Positions 13,831 to 28,073 of a stretch of DNA of 64,000 nucleotides are shown piece after piece. The position numbers and the translations under genes were made by a program. Position 1 is the first letter of the stretch, and every line of letters starts with the position of its first letter. The notes beneath the pieces are model-generated. The model made no database searches. It was not told the DNA's origin and was given only the letters and a program-made list of their open reading frames with translations. The stretch is from Macrostomum lignano. Its lineage: Eukaryota. The stretch spans positions 124,001-188,000 of the forward strand of contig NIVC01001238.1 in assembly GCA_002269645.1 (NCBI GenBank), given 5' to 3'.

Positions 13831-14281
13831 AGAGGCAGTGATGGTGAGGGAGATTGGGCTGACAGGTCAAACTCCCTCGTTTTTAAGAAGCGGCTGGCCG
13901 CTCAGAGCGCACTGGGATCTCCTGTTTGAAGGGGCTTACGATGCCATGCCGCGATCGGATGGAGATGCGGGGATCAGCCAAGCCCCAGACACTCGGAGAT
14001 TCCATTGCGTGTTGCGGAAAGCTTCAAATGAGGGATTATCCAGTCACAGGAGTCCCGCTATTCAAACTTCAGCCTTCCTTACCTCTTTCAGATTCTTTTC
14101 TATCCCGCGACTTTTTGAGCTGGGGGGAAGGGGGGCTGCGGTGGGAAGATTTTTGTGCTATTGAGGATATGGGATTTCCGAATTTCAAGCTCTTTGAGTT
14201 TTTGAGAAATCCGCTTCCCCCACCGGGAAAAGGAAAATTTAAGTTTTTCACGAGTGAAAGAAGTAATACCTGAAAAGTGAA

Positions 14282-15835
14282 AGGATGCAGGAGTAGAATG
14301 GATTGCTAATCTAGCCTATCATGGATGCAGGAGTAGAATGGATTGCTAATCTAGCCTATCATGGATGCAGGAATAGAATGGATTGCTAATCTAGCCAAGT
14401 GGGGCAAAGAACTATAATGGATTGCTAATCTAGCCTATCATGGATGCAGGAATAGAATGGATTGCTAATCTAGCCTATCATGGATGCAGGAGTAGAATGG
14501 ATTGCTAATCTAGCCTATCATGGATGCAGGAATAGAATGGATTGCTAATCTAGCCTATCATGGATGCAGGAGTAGAATGGATTGCTAGTCTAGCCTATCA
14601 TGGATGCAGGAGTAGAATGGATTGCTAATCTAGCCTATCATGGATGCAGGAGTAGAATGGATTGCTAATCTAGCCAATCATGGATGCAGGGATAGAATGG
14701 ATTGCTAATCTAGCCTATCATGGATGCAGGAATAGAATGGATTGCTAATCTAGCCAAGTGGGGCAAAGAACTATAATGGATTGCTAATCTAGCCTATCAT
14801 GGATGCAGGAATAGAATGGGTTGCTAATCTAGCCTATCATGGATGCAGGAATAGAATGGATTGCTAATCTAGCCTATCATGGGTGCAGGAATAGAATTGA
14901 TTGCTAATCTAGCCAAGTGGGGCAAAGAACTATAATGGATTGCTAATCTAGCCTATCATGGATGCAGGAATAGAATGGGTTGCTAATCTAGCCTATCATG
15001 GATGCAGGAATAGAATGGATTGCTAATCTAGCCTATCATGGATGCAGGAATAGAATGGATTGCTAGTCTAGCCTATCATGGATGCAGGAGTAGAATGGAT
15101 TGCTAATCTAGCCTATCATGGATGCAGGAATAGAATGGATTGCTAATCTAGCCTATCATGGATGCAGGAATAGAATGGATTGCTAATCTAGCCTATCATG
15201 GATGCAGGAATAGAATGGGTTGCTAATCTAGCCTATCATGGATGCAGGAATAGAATGGATTGCTAATCTAGCCTATCATGGGTGCAGGAATAGAATGGAT
15301 TGCTAATCTAGCCAAGTGGGGCAAAGAACTAAAATGGATTGCTAAAAGAACTAAAATGGATTGCTAAAAGAACTAAAATGGATTGCTAAAAGAACTAAAA
15401 TGGATTGCTAAAAGAACTAAAATGGATTGCTAAAAGAACTAAAATGGATTGCTAAAAGAACTAAAATGGATTGCTAAAAGAACTAAAATGGATTGCTAAA
15501 AGAACTAAAATGGATTGCTAAAAGAACTAAAATGGATTGCTAAAAGAACTAAAATGGATTGCTAAAAGAACTAAAATGGATTGCTAATCTAGCCTATCAT
15601 GGGTGCAGGAATAGAATGGATTGCTAATCTAGCCTATCATGGATGCAGGAGTAGAATGGATTGCTAATCTAGCCTATCATGGGTGCAGGAATAGAATGGA
15701 TTGCTAATCTAGCCTATCATGGATGCAGGAGTAGAATGGATTGCTAATCTAGCCTATCATGGGTGCAGGAATAGAATGGATTGCTAATCTAGCCTATCAT
15801 GGATGCAGGAGTAGAATGGATTGCTAATCTAGCTA
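14282..15835. repeat. 40-bp minisatellite (atggatgcaggagtagaatggattgctaatctagcctatc) with a nested 22-bp sub-array at ~15323-15585
   Basis: Period 40 and period 22 measured from repeated positions. Confidence 0.95.
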
Positions 15836-16437
15836 AATCAGATGAAAGAATTCAGTGAAGCTCGAGTCCAAGCCGCTCACGGATACTCAGGACTGAAGTG
15901 TGTCGAACCCAAGCAACTCGCATGGCTGTACAGAGCTGAGCAGAGCTGAGCACACAGAGCAGAACAGCTCAAGTTGCACGCTAGGGGGTGGGGCGGGGGT
16001 TACGACAGAGGTGGCTCCGCCAGTCCCGACAGAAGAATAATGCGTTGAGAACAAGTGAAAGGTATGAAAAAATCTTCTAGAGGCAGAGCTGCTGCAACAA
16101 GAGCTCAGAGAGACATTGTGCAGAGAGTTGCACTGAGGTGGGCGGGCCGCTCCCTCCGTTCTTGCAGAAACTTTCTCTCTCAACAAGAGCCACTCTGGCT
16201 GCTTTGTGTTCCAATCTTCTTTTTATCGAGCTGTCGAGCTTGAGACCTTTTTTCTCTGGAATTAATTGTTTGATTCCTAGAACGCAAGGAATTTGAATTG
16301 GCGAACTTCTGTCTGCTTCTGGCCACAGCCTGTGAGGAAATGAAAGCTGAGCGGCAATGGCGGCTGCGGCTTCCCGAGCCTCCGCCGCTGAGGCAGCCCA
16401 CCTGGTGAGGGAGACTCGCTGGGCCTCCGCGTATATC

Positions 16438-17745
16438 TGGGATAGAGTTGAGTGGAGCTGGGATAGAGTTGAGTGGAGCTGGGATAGAGTTGAGTGGAGC
16501 TGGGATAGAGTTGAGTGGAGCTGGGATAGAGTTGAGTGGAGCTGGGATAGAGTTGAGTGGAGCTGGGATAGAGTTGAGTGGAGCTGGGATAGAGTTGAGT
16601 GGAGCTGGGATAGAGTTGAGTGGAGCTGGGATAGAGTTGAGTGGAGCTGGGATAGAGTTGAGTGGAGCTGGGATAGAGTTGAGTGGAGCTGGGATAGAGT
16701 TGAGTGGAGCTGAACTGGGATAGATTCTCTGATAGATTCAGAGGTACCCTGATTAATTCAGAGTGGACTGAGATATATTCGGAGGGACGGAATAGATTCG
16801 GAGGGACGGGACAGATTCGGAGGGACGGGACAGATTCGGAGGGACTGGGATAGATTCGGAGGGACGGAATAGATTCGGAGGGACTGGGATAGATTCGGAG
16901 GGACGGGATAGATTCGGAGGGACGGAATAGATTCGGAGGGACTGGGATAGATTCGGAGGGACGGGATAGATTCGGAGGGACGGAATAGATTCGGAGGGAC
17001 GGAATAGATTCGGAGGGACGGGATAGATTCGGAGGGACGGGATAGATTCGGAGGGACGGGACAGATTCGGAGGGACGGAGTAGATTCGGAGGGACGGGAC
17101 AGATTCGGAGGGACTGGGATAGATTCGGGGGGACGGGATAGATTCGGGGGGACTGGGATAGATTCGGAGGGACGGGATAGATTCGGGGGGACTGGGATAG
17201 ATTCGGAGGGACTGGGATAGATTCGGAGGGACGGGACAGATTCGGAGGGACGGGATAGATTCGGAAGGACTGGGGCAGATTCGGGGGGACTGGGATAGAT
17301 TCGGGGGGACTGGGATAGATTCGGAGGGACTGGGATAGATTCGGAGGGACGGAATAGATTCGGAGGGACTGGGATAGATTCGGAGGGACTGGGATAGATT
17401 CGGAGGGACGGGACAGATTCGGAGGGACGGGATAGATTCGGAAGGACTGGGGCAGATTCGGAGGGACGGGATAGATTCGGGGGGACTGGGATAGATTCGG
17501 AGGGACGGGATAGATTCGGAAGGACTGGGGCAGATTCGGAGGGACGGGATAGATTCGGGGGGACTGGGATAGATTCGGAGGGACGGGATAGATTCGGAAG
17601 GACTGGGGCAGATTCGGAGGGACGGGATAGATTCGGGGGGACTGGGATAGATTCGGAGGGACGGGATAGATTCGGAAGGACTGGGGCAGATTCGGGGGGA
17701 CTGGGATAGATTCGGGGGGACTGGGATAGATTCGGAGGGACTGGG
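16438..17745. repeat. Two related arrays: 21-bp (gggatagagttgagtggagct, 16438-16713) and 19/20-bp (gggatagattcggagggac[t], ~16770-17745)
   Basis: Direct reading; both share gggataga. Confidence 0.95.
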
Positions 17746-17805
17746 ATAAAAGTGTTGACACAGTGCAGTAGTTCTGTCCCAGCCGAAAGCAGATGCAAAA
17801 GTCAG

Positions 17806-20800
17806 ATGCAAAGCGCGCGGAACTCCGAGTCGGGTCGCCCGCACAACCGGTTTGAAGGCAGAGGCTCTGGCAAAAGAAAAAAAGAATCCCTGACAGACTT
17901 GGGGCAGCGGCGGCAAATATTTGCACTGGGCAGAGGAGGCGGCCTGGCAACCATCCAGGCGGATTGCTTTGGTTCCGCCCGGCCCGCCGAGCTCGAAATC
18001 CGATATTATCGCTGTGCTTTGTGGGGGTCGGGGCGGGTAGCCAGCAGCCTTCTGACTGCCAGTTGATTGACTGAACAAATTGCCGAGCATCTGTTCCGCT
18101 CCAGGTACCCCAGACTGCTGGCCAACCGGCCTTGGCTGGTGATTTCAGTGATCTTCGTCCTGTCCACCGCCTGCATGCTGTTCTGCCTGCTCACCTACGG
18201 ACCGCCCAACTTCAAGCTGTCGCACAAGGTGAGGCGCGGGCGGAATGGGAGGGGGTCGGGTGTGCGGGGAGGCTGGATAGGGTGTGGAGGGGTTGGGAGG
18301 GATCAGAGAGCTTGTGAAGGGATCAGAGAGGGTTTGGTGGGGTCAGGGAGGGTGTGGAGGGATCAGAGAGGGTGTGGAGGGATCAGAGAGAGTGTGAAGG
18401 GATCAGAGAGGGTGTGGAGGGATCAGAGAGGGTGTGGAGGGATCAGAGAGGGTGTGGAGGGATCAGAGAGGGTGTGAAGGGACCAGAGAGGGTGTGAAGG
18501 GATCAGAGAGGGTGTGGAGGGATCAGAGAGGGTGTGGAGGGATCAGAGAGGGTGTGTAGGGGTCAGAGAGAGTGTGGAGACAAAAAATAGCGACATCAAA
18601 CGACAAGTTAATTTTTAAGGTGTTTTGATGGCAATACCTTTTGGAATTACAATACGAGTACTCGTATCTGAGGCCCAAGCCAGCCAAATAGCAGTGCAAT
18701 TGCCTTATTACAAATGAAGGTGAAGAAGCAAAGCAATCAGCGATTATTATTAGTAATCAGCTGACGCGAACTCTCTGCATAATTAATAAATTCGAAGAGC
18801 TCTTGCGAGGCTAGCCAACGGGATGGGTGGGTGTGGCCATTGGCGCTGATGAAGTCCAGTTCTCGAGTGGGGTGGCCGCCTCTCCCTCACTTCGCTCCAA
18901 GTTTAGTGCACTTTTCAGCCGTGGTGAATTGTTGCTTATGGGAAGTCGGACAGATGACCGGAGAGTGGGCTGCTGGGGGCTGGGGCTCGAAGTCCAAGTG
19001 CACTTTCTGATCCGCCCGCCGCTCGGGGCTGACAGTGATTGACTCGAATGGACTTGACTTGAATCTTGAATCACTTCAGCGAAGTAGCCAGGGGGCAAAG
19101 GGGGTCCGCCCACCCCCCTCCACTCGGTTGGCTTTCGCCCCCGGTGCTTTCGCCCCCGGTGCTTTCGCCCCCGGTGCTTTCGCCCCCGGTGCTTTCGCCC
19201 CCGGTGCTTTCGCCCCCGGTGCTTTCGCCCCCGGTGCTTTCGCCCCCGGTGCTTTCGCCCCCGGTGCTTTCGCCCCCGGTGCTTTCGCCCCCGGTGCTTT
19301 CGCCCCCGGTGCTTTCGCCCCCGGTGCTTTCGCCCCCGGTGCTTTCGCCCCCGGTGCTTTCGCCCCCGGTGCTTTCGCCCCCGGTGCTTTCGCCCCCGGT
19401 GCTTTCGCCCCCGGTGCTTTCGCCCCCGGTGCTTTCGCCCCCGGTGCTTTCGCCCCGGTGCTTTCGCCCCCGGTGCTTTCGCCCCGGTGCTTTCGCCCCC
19501 GGTGCTTTCGCCCCCGGTGCTTTCGCCCCCGGTGCTTTCGCCCCCGGTGCTTTCGCCCCCGGTGCTTTCGCCCCCGGTGCTTTCGCCCCCGGTGCTTTCG
19601 CCCCCAATTTCAAAAAAAAAATCCTGCAACCCCCCTGAATGATTTCGAAGCCACAAGAAAGGCCATCCCCTCTGCCGATCCTCCCGCCAGGACTTTCTCA
19701 CGGTCAACACGGACTACTCGGCCCGAATGATCCAAGTGAGCAGCCTGATCAACAATGGGAAAAAGTTTCCCAACTATATCGTGGAGGACTCCGGGCGCTG
19801 GAGGGAGAACGGCTCCCACAGGGCGGACAGGCTGGCGAGAAACGCGGCAAGGACCAGTGAGGGGACCGAAGATGCGGGGAAGACCGACGAGACCGCTGAA
19901 GGACTGCGGCAGCTGGGACGTGAGTGACTATTGGCTTTTCAGCATCTCACTCCGGGTCTCACTCTGGATCTCACTCTGGATCTCACTCTGGATCTCAGTC
20001 TGGATCTCACTCTGGATCTCAGTCTGGATCTCAGTCTGGATCTCAGTCTGGATCTCACTCTGGATCTCACTCTGGATCTCACTCTGGATCTCACTCTGGA
20101 TCTCACTCTGGATCTCACTCTGGATCTCACTCTGGATTTCACTCTGGATCTCACTCTGGATCTCACTCTGGATTTCACTCTGGATCTCACTCTGGATCTC
20201 ACTCTGGATCTCACTCTGGATCTCACTCTGGATCTCACTCTGGATCTCACTCTGGATCTCACTCTGGATCTCACTCTGGATCTCACTCTGGATCTCACTC
20301 TGGATTTCATCTTGAATCTCCCTGTGAATCTCACTCTGGATCTCATCTTGAATCTCTCTGTGAATCTCACTTTGAATCTCTCCCTAAATTTCTGACAGCG
20401 TGCACTTAAGGTCTGCATGCATCAGCCGTGTTAGCTTTTCACAGTTTATTCCAATGAAACAGCAGGGTCCGGGTTGTGTGCTTCATCAGCTGGGAGATGT
20501 GGCACAGTTTCCAGATTGCGCCGCCAGGCGGACAGTCTGGCAAGCAGGCAATTTCAGACTGATTGACTGGAAGGCGGGGAAGGAGAGGGCAGAGCGGAGA
20601 AAGCCGAGACTGTCCCCCGCACCCGAACACCCCAAGCCGAACCAGTTGATGGACCAAGCTGGCTGGCAAACTCTGCCGTGCACACACGCAAGCATAAAAG
20701 GTGTTTTTACGACTACTAAGCCGGCCGGCCCAGTTCCCCGACATCCTGCTGGGTCTTGTTGCTGTTCAAAATACAAGCTTTAATGCTATATTTACCCTCA

Positions 20801-23800
20801 ACAAATGGAAGCCTACTAATAGTAGGCTATGATGGGAAAGCTGTTTAAACCCAGCCTTAATCCGTTAAGCCACCACTTTCGTAAACGCAGATCTGGACGC
20901 TGAACCTCGCTCCCTGCTGGAGAACCTGGCCGTGGTGTACTCTCTATCCGACGCGTACATTGCTGATCAGCAGGCGGCGGCCAGAGCAGGAAACTCCAGC
21001 AGCGACACCGGCGGCAGCGGGCCCGCCCCATCCGTGATGGATTTCGTACCGATGCGCAGCATCTGCGAGCTGGAGGAACGCCTGGCGGAGTCGCCAGCTT
21101 ACAAGGACAAATGCTTCATGTTCGCTTCCTACACCAGGTGCAAGCCGGCGCTGTCGCTGCCCAACTTGGCCGCTAGTCTGGCCAACCTCACCAGCTGCAG
21201 GCAGCTGCGGCCCCGCCAGGTACGGCAGTGCTGCAGCTCATGCAACACGAAGCACACTGCTTGCTGCAGCTCATGCAACACAAAGCACACTGCTTGCTGC
21301 AGCTCATGCAACAGAAGCACACTGCTTGCTGCAGCTCATGCAACAGAAGCACACTGCTTGCTGCAGCTCATGCAACACAAAGCACACTGTTTGCTACAAC
21401 ACATGCAACACAAAGCACACTGCTTGCTGCAGCTCATGCAACACGAAGCACACTGCTTGCTGCAGCTCATGCAACACGAAGCACACTGCTTGCTGCAGCT
21501 CATGCAACACAAAGCACACTGCTTGCTGCAGCTCATGCAACACAAAGCACACTGCTTGCTATAACACATGCAACACGAAGCACACTGCTTGCTGCAGCTC
21601 ATGCAACACGAAGCACACTGCTTGCTATAACACATGCAACACGAAGCACACTGCTTGCTGCAGCTCATGCAACACAAAGCACACTGCTTGCTGCAGCTCA
21701 TGCAACACAAAGCACACTGCTTGCTATAACACATGCAACACGAAGCACACTGCTTGCTGCAGCTCATGCAACACGAAGCACACTGCTTGCTATAACACAT
21801 GCAACACGAAGCACACTGCTTGCTGCAGCTCATGCAACACAAAGCACAGAACAAATGCTCAAGCTCAACAATAGATTTAAAAAAAGGTATCTGCTGCACA
21901 TCAGGTGGCGAAGTTCGTGGAGCTGCTGACTGACTGCGCGTCCTACCTGGACGGCAACTCCACCGGCCGCTGGCAGCCAACACCCGCCCGCTGTCAGCCG
22001 TGGCAGCTGGAGGCCGCCTATCGCTTAAACCTGCCCATCAACGCCGCTTCATCGCATAAAATTGTCCAGTCGGTGTTCCAGTTTCCTAACAACCGCTACG
22101 AAGTGTTTGCCGAGCTCGAGCGCCTGCAGAAACAGCCGCAGCATCATTCGATTCGGGTGGCTGGCATCTACATCAGCCCCACGGCAGAGCTTCAGCTTTA
22201 CGGCGAGATCGTATTGAGCAGTCTGTCCTGGCTGTCCTTGGCAATCCTGGGCATCGCTCTGATTACCTGGGTGTACACCGAGTCGGCGCTGCTGGTGGCA
22301 GCCACTCTCTCCGTGATCCTCTGCAGTCTGGCACTGGCTTACGCTGTGTGCACAGTGGTGAGCGGCTCGAACAGCTTCAGCATGCTGAACTCAATGGCCG
22401 TAGTGCTGGCCGTTGGTATTGGATCTGACGATGTATTTGTCATCGCGTCCGCTTGGAGGCACGCCAAGAAGGTACATGACCAAGCTAGGCTTGCAAATTT
22501 AGTTATGCCGCCTAGTTTGGGACAGAAAAGGTAGACTTTTACTCGTAACTGTTCGAGGCTTAGTTAGACTGAACAAAGTACTGCATCCAAATCAACATCC
22601 ATATAAGAATCCGCATCTGCACCACATCTGCACCACATCCGCATCCACATCCACATCCACATCCACATCCACATCCGCATCCGCATCCGCATCCGCATCT
22701 GTATCCACATCCGCATCATCCACATCCGCATCATCCACATCCGTATCACATCTGCATCCATATCGAAGCGAATATCAATAACTGCACAGAGCTTAGCAGG
22801 ACCATATACAAATTCCTTAAGGACCACCGCGACTGCCGCCTAGAGAAGCTGCTGTCTGACACGCTGCAGCATGCCGGACTCTCCGTCACCGTGACGAGCC
22901 TCACCACGATAGCCGCATTCGCCACCAACATAATCTCGCCCATAGTAGCTATCAACTCATTCGCAATCTACGCCTCTCTAACTGTTGGCTTCAACCTGTT
23001 CTTCATGCTGACCGTGGTGCCAGCAGTCATCGTTGTCGCCGAGCAGACCTGCCGAGCCCCGGCGGCAGTGTGCGATCGACTGCGACGTCCACTGGCAGGC
23101 GGCGGCTTTCTAGCTGCGATCACCGCTGGCTGCGTCCGGCTTCTGTCCCTGGTGAGCGTTTGAAAAAATTGAATCTGCTGGTCTGCAGAGAAAGTCAAAG
23201 TAGAGTGGAGTTTTTGTCCATAGGGAATCCCTGTTTACCTGACGATCATTTGAGGCATTAGAAATTTAGAAATTAGATAATCGCTTATTCGAAAGTCAAG
23301 ATGTACGTGCAACAACTTTAACGCGGCAACAGGTGGCCATCCGGTTGCGTTACCTGGTGCATCTAGGCGTCATAGGCGTCATCATATTCTGCTTCCTTTC
23401 GGTCGCCTACTACCCCGGCCTCCGGTTTCCTCGTTCCAATCGGAGATCATTATTCACGCCGGACAATCCGGTTGAAGGCTATCACGCCAGATACGCAAAG
23501 GTAAGCTGGCCCTTGGACTAATTAGTCCAAACCGATGGTGAAGCAGTGGGAGTTTGAATCATCTTCTCGTGCGAATTGAATTCCTAAAACTTCTAGGCTT
23601 TCCGACTGCAACTCCTGAAGCCTCAGCCGAAGGTTCGAGTCCACTTGGTGTGGGGCGTCCTGCCCAAGGACGGCCGGCACTTTCTGTCTCCCGCATCTGA
23701 GGTGCCGATCAACTACCAGCGGGTAGGCGGCACGACAGGCGAGCTGTTCTCTTCCAACGCGACTCGGATGTGGTTTGAGCGGTTTTGCACGACCACGGTG

Positions 23801-25573
23801 AAGCGAGCGCCCTACATCGCGTCATTCATCAGCCACGAGAACTTAATGTGCGCTTTCAATGGCCACGAGACATTTAGCCTCCTGCACGGCTTTCAGTTAA
23901 TTGGCCGGAGGCCGTTCTGCAACAAGGAAGACGCCTGCTGTCGGGAGGGCCCCGGCGATGTCATGGGGTCCAGCTATGGCCACTTCAGGGCCTGCTTGGA
24001 TGACTACCTCAGAAAGATCAGGTAGGTGACAGTCGGTTAACCACTAGAATATACATATGAGCTTCAATGTGAATGGCTATTGTGGGCGCAACACCTTCGG
24101 CGACACCATCCCACACCAGCGCTGGAGCGATTCTGAGCGTTCCGCTGACTTCTGAGTACTTGCAAGCGCGCTAATACTGTACGCAGACACGCACTCATGC
24201 ACACGCTCACACAGGGTGTAAAGCGGCCCTGACTTTCTAATCGTCAGACCTGTACACTTTCTGCACCTTGGTTGTTGGAATCGCACAACAAAACCGACCA
24301 ATTTTCGTGCAAAAGACCCAAAATTACTAGTGGTTGCGCACGGAATCGAACCAGGGGTCGTGTGGAGCGAAAGTCAGAGGCGTTTAGTGCTGAGATGCTC
24401 TGCCCCTATTATTCTGACTAGACGCATGCACCTATCACAGGACCCAGGTTTTGGCGTAAGCAAGATACTTTAAAGCAATATTCACGAGTTTATCCCGCAT
24501 TCTGCAGGCACCGACCGCAGGGTTTCGCAGAAGACCTGTTGACGTTCTACTTCGACGACTCCGACCGGCCGATTGCCTTCCGCGCGTCGTACGCCACCGA
24601 CGTACCCGCGGGAGGGGCCAACTTCACGGACCTCTCGCGCATGGTGGCCGAATTGGAGACCTGGTTTGCCGGCCTCTCAGCCGAAACTGGCCTGCCCGGA
24701 TTCGTCTACGCTGAGGGCCTGCTCGAGTGGGAGCTTCGACGGGCGCTCAAATCTGCCGTGCTGCTCTCGGCCGGAGCTGCCCTGGCTGCCGCGGCTGTCA
24801 CCTTTCTGCTGACTATGCTCAATCCCCTGCTCGCTCTTCAGTCGCTTCTGGTGCTCACTGCCACCCTGTGCGGCACAGCCTGCGTCCTATTGTGGCTCGG
24901 CTGGTGCGTAGACCTTGTGGAGTGCGTCATCCTCACCTCATCATTTGGCCTGGCAGTTGATTTTACCCTGCACTACGGCGTTGCATTTCGCACCCATCGG
25001 GAGCCGCTCCGGGAGGTCCGAGCCGCTCTGGTGCTGCGTAAAACTGCGCCGCCAATAACCTTCGCCGCTGCAACCACCTGCTTGGCTGGCGTCGTGGTCG
25101 TCACCTCCAGCGTGTACGTGGCTCGCATGACTGGCGTATTTCTCATCACAGTCTCAGGAATGGCCTGGCTTGGCGCCTGTCTAGTATTCCCCAGCGTCAT
25201 CGTTACTCTTGGCAACGATCGGGCTGACTTGTGCCAAGCGGGCTGTCCCGGATTCGGCCCGCTGGCCAGTCCCTGCCAGTGCCTCTGCACCGCCTCCGAG
25301 GTGCGGCAGCGACGCGATCTGACGCCCTACGCCTCGGAGGTGGTTCGCGAGGCCACGGATATGGCCGAACTGTCTGGCACCGAGTCGAGCAGCGATCGAC
25401 TCTTGAACAGCAACTGTCACAGCAGCGCTGGCGCCGGCCACGCAGCTAACAACTGCCGCACTGGCAGAGGAAGCGCGCGAGCAGCGAATTCCCCTCCAGC
25501 AAACAACGGCGGCAGCAGCCACGGCGGAGACATTCTAGACTCTCCAGTGTGGAAAAGGCGAACTGAAGTGTAG
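17806..25573 (+). CDS. DISP: Dispatched-like RND/sterol-sensing-domain membrane protein; exons 17806-18020 (tentative), 18105-18228, 19691-19919, 20891-21219, 21905-22471, 22822-23151, 23333-23500, 23597-24021, 24508-25573
   Basis: All junctions from 18105 onward are GT-AG with matching phases. Motifs: SICELEERL...[16 protein letters not shown] (Dispatched loop 1), GIGSDDVFV (TM4 GxxxDD), [32 protein letters not shown] (TM10 GxxxD). First exon and its weak donor are tentative; the specific paralog is not assigned. Confidence 0.88.
18290..18575. repeat. 20-bp intronic minisatellite (gatcagagagggtgtggagg)
   Basis: Inside DISP intron 18229-19690. Confidence 0.95.
19136..19605. repeat. 15-bp intronic minisatellite (ctttcgcccccggtg)
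   Basis: About 31 copies in the same DISP intron. Confidence 0.95.
19955..20335. repeat. 12-bp intronic minisatellite (ctcactctggat)
   Basis: Inside DISP intron 19920-20890. Confidence 0.95.
21230..21845. repeat. 33-bp intronic minisatellite (aagcacactgcttgctgcagctcatgcaacac[g/a])
   Basis: Fills DISP intron 21220-21904. Confidence 0.95.
22600..22760. repeat. (CATCCR)n hexamer repeat
   Basis: Inside DISP intron 22472-22821. Confidence 0.9.
24331..24415 (-). mobile_element. tRNA-derived SINE-like or tRNA-pseudogene fragment
   Basis: Minus-strand B box GGTTCGATTCC (24342-24352) in a tRNA-sized GC-richer patch of an intron; A box degenerate, no cloverleaf. Confidence 0.4.
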
Positions 25574-25589
25574 GGTAGAGACCGAACTG

Positions 25590-25685
25590 ATAACTGAGCT
25601 GATGACCGAGTCGATGACCGAGCCGATGACCGAGCTGATGACCGAGTCGATGACCGAGCCGATGACTGAGCCGACGACCGAGACA
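25590..25685. repeat. 12-bp repeat (gatgaccgagYY) in the DISP 3' UTR
   Basis: Direct reading. Confidence 0.85.
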
Positions 25686-26733
25686 ATAGCTGACTGTATG
25701 CTGGTGCCAAAGCGTAAAGTTCTTCAAACTACTCGTAGTTGAATAATCTATTTAGTGTCCGTATTAAAATTTACTTTTCATTTATAGATTTGCATTGCGC
25801 AATTCACACTACTCGTAGTTAGAATACAAAAAATGAATACACTGCATGCTGTACTTTCTCACTCACGTTCAGATTGCCCAGCCTACGAGCTAGACAAATG
25901 AGAAGTGGCTCGATTATTCGATGCGCTGGGGAACGTTTACCGACGATCTCAGAATATGGTCTTTTTTAAAGCAAAATTTGCAGTACCTGCAGCTTGGCAT
26001 TTTCAAGATTTTTGCTTGTTGGCTAATGTCTGGCTACTTACAGTAAACATGCAAAACTTCTAATTTAGGTATGTTATGCAACCCACTGCGCTGAAGAGTT
26101 TAAGAGTGGTGATCAGTCACTCGAAAAGTCCCACTTCAAGGCACTCAAATACTCAAATACAATCAAATACTCTTACTACTGCAGCGGATCCTCTTGCGGT
26201 CGGTAGTCGTCGGAGTCTTTTTGGTTGTAGGTCTAGCAAGCTTGTTGAGCGGTGGCGGCGGCCGGTTTCGGTGAGCAGCTGTTGTCTCTTGGAGTCCTTA
26301 ACTTTATGTGTGAGTCGACCAAAATGAGAGCGAATCAGAATTCCTGACGGTCCTCGAGCTCGGAATTAACAATAGAACGTGAGCCTAATGAACAATTGAA
26401 TTCTCTGATTTCTGTAATAGGTCCTCCTGAAGGGCGCGTCTTCTTCGTTACGTCCGAAACGCAACGGATAACTCAAATGAGTTCAATAAATCCTTTAGGA
26501 ATATATCCTTGGAAACAAGGAGGCCTTTCTCAAATGTGTCGACAATAAGTGGCTCTCGTAAACTCAATTAATCAACTTATTAGTGCTATAGCAAAGAACT
26601 AAATCTGGTAAACGCTTACCAATAGGTCCGGATTTCCTCTCTCAGAGATGGGCCTTCTTTGCTAACGTATTCCAAAGTCTTCTTCAATACCGCTCCGAGC
26701 CTGATTTTTTGACTCGGATTTTCGCTTATATTT

Positions 26734-27179
26734 GAGTAGCTCCGAGTCGCCTGTGCCCACCCGGATACGAGTACTCTCAGTTCGGATCCTCATACAAGGT
26801 GTCGGCCTCACCTGTGATCAATTGGGCTGACGCTCTCTCCCGGTGCGGCCAGGAGGCCGGACTGTCGAAGTTCGCGGACGCTCTGGACTCCGACGAGTCC
26901 CGTCACCTGATGTGGATCAAGGGCGTGTCGAACATTCCTGTAGAGAGTTTGTACCTGGGTGGCCATCAGATTTTGGGCTCTGCGAACAAGACTGAAGGCT
27001 GGATCTGGGACGCCTGCAACGAGAGCATCCGGGCCGACGTCCAGGAGCCCGGGAGGCCGAAGGGTGGGTGGCCGAAGTAAGGCTGCGCGGCTGTTTACGC
27101 TAATCACAAGATCGGCATCAATGATATCGGATGCTCTAGCAACCTGAAGTACCTTTGCGAGTGCCTGTCCGTGTTCTAA
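26734..27179 (+). pseudogene. 5'-truncated paralog of the C-type lectin gene (CTLD half only), with a premature stop
   Basis: Colinear with ~30083-30528. TAA at 27078-27080 replaces a Glu codon; the frame resumes GCAAVYANHK..CECLSVF*. 3'-UTR similarity continues to ~27250. Confidence 0.85.
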
Positions 27180-27825
27180 CTTACGATATTTTTTGTGGCT
27201 CAGTAGTTTCAATGCTTGTCGCATGGCACCAAAGAAATTTGAAAATTGAATTCTCTGCCAACTTTATCCCCAGCTTTTATATCAGCTCTTATCATAAGCA
27301 TATGTTTTCCATGTTTTCCACTCCAGGAAAAATTTACGACGGGTTAAGAATAGAATTTAGATTACAAACTAAGAAAATTTCTATTGTGGTGCTATGGCTA
27401 TTGTAGCCGTGCTTCCCTTCTATTGTTTGGGACAATAGTCTCTATAGAAAAAGGCGGGAAACAATGCTTGTACTTATGTTTATCCTTATAATGAGGCCAC
27501 TTGCGGTTTTGTAGTGATCTGGACCGGCTTATCCTTCATTGCCTTGAAATTCAGCTCTTAGATCTCCTGGGAAAGCATCAATGGACGACTGGTAGAATAG
27601 CTCGTATATTTAATAACACAAAATTAATAAACATTTCTATTAGGATCATAAGACCTGTGAATGAGACTGTCACTGCCTTGCAACAACAAGCTGAGGAGCG
27701 AGTTAGATTCTAATATAAATGCACATCTTGGGTGGCACCTGGTCAATGATTCGTGTACGTCGTTGCATTCTCATTTGGAGCCTCAAATATATTAATGGCG
27801 AACTTGGCCAGTCAGTTCCTCAGCT

Positions 27826-28073
27826 TAAACCGCCGTCTTCAGACTTTAAAGTGGCGTTGCAAGCCAAGCCCACTTTGGCTAGCCACTTATTGTTCAACAC
27901 ATCTCACTGCCACCCATGAGCATCAGCACTAGTGCGAATCAACGGAATGCCAGTAAACGCTGGAACAAATGGTCATTTTTGTGACTCCGTCGAAGCGTCA
28001 GGCATCGCAAGCTTCTGGCCTACACGGTCTTGCAGAGAAATCGCGAAAATCATAAAGGACCTGTCAATCGATA
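27826..28073 (+). repeat. 248-bp dispersed repeat, copy 1 (copy 2 at 37371-37618)
   Basis: Same length; two substitutions seen by eye. Confidence 0.9.

Noticed and set aside
14282-15835. CRISPR-like appearance of regular 40-bp (and 41-, 33-, 28-bp) repeats
   Set aside because: Head-to-tail tandem units with no unique spacers and no cas genes, in a eukaryotic context.
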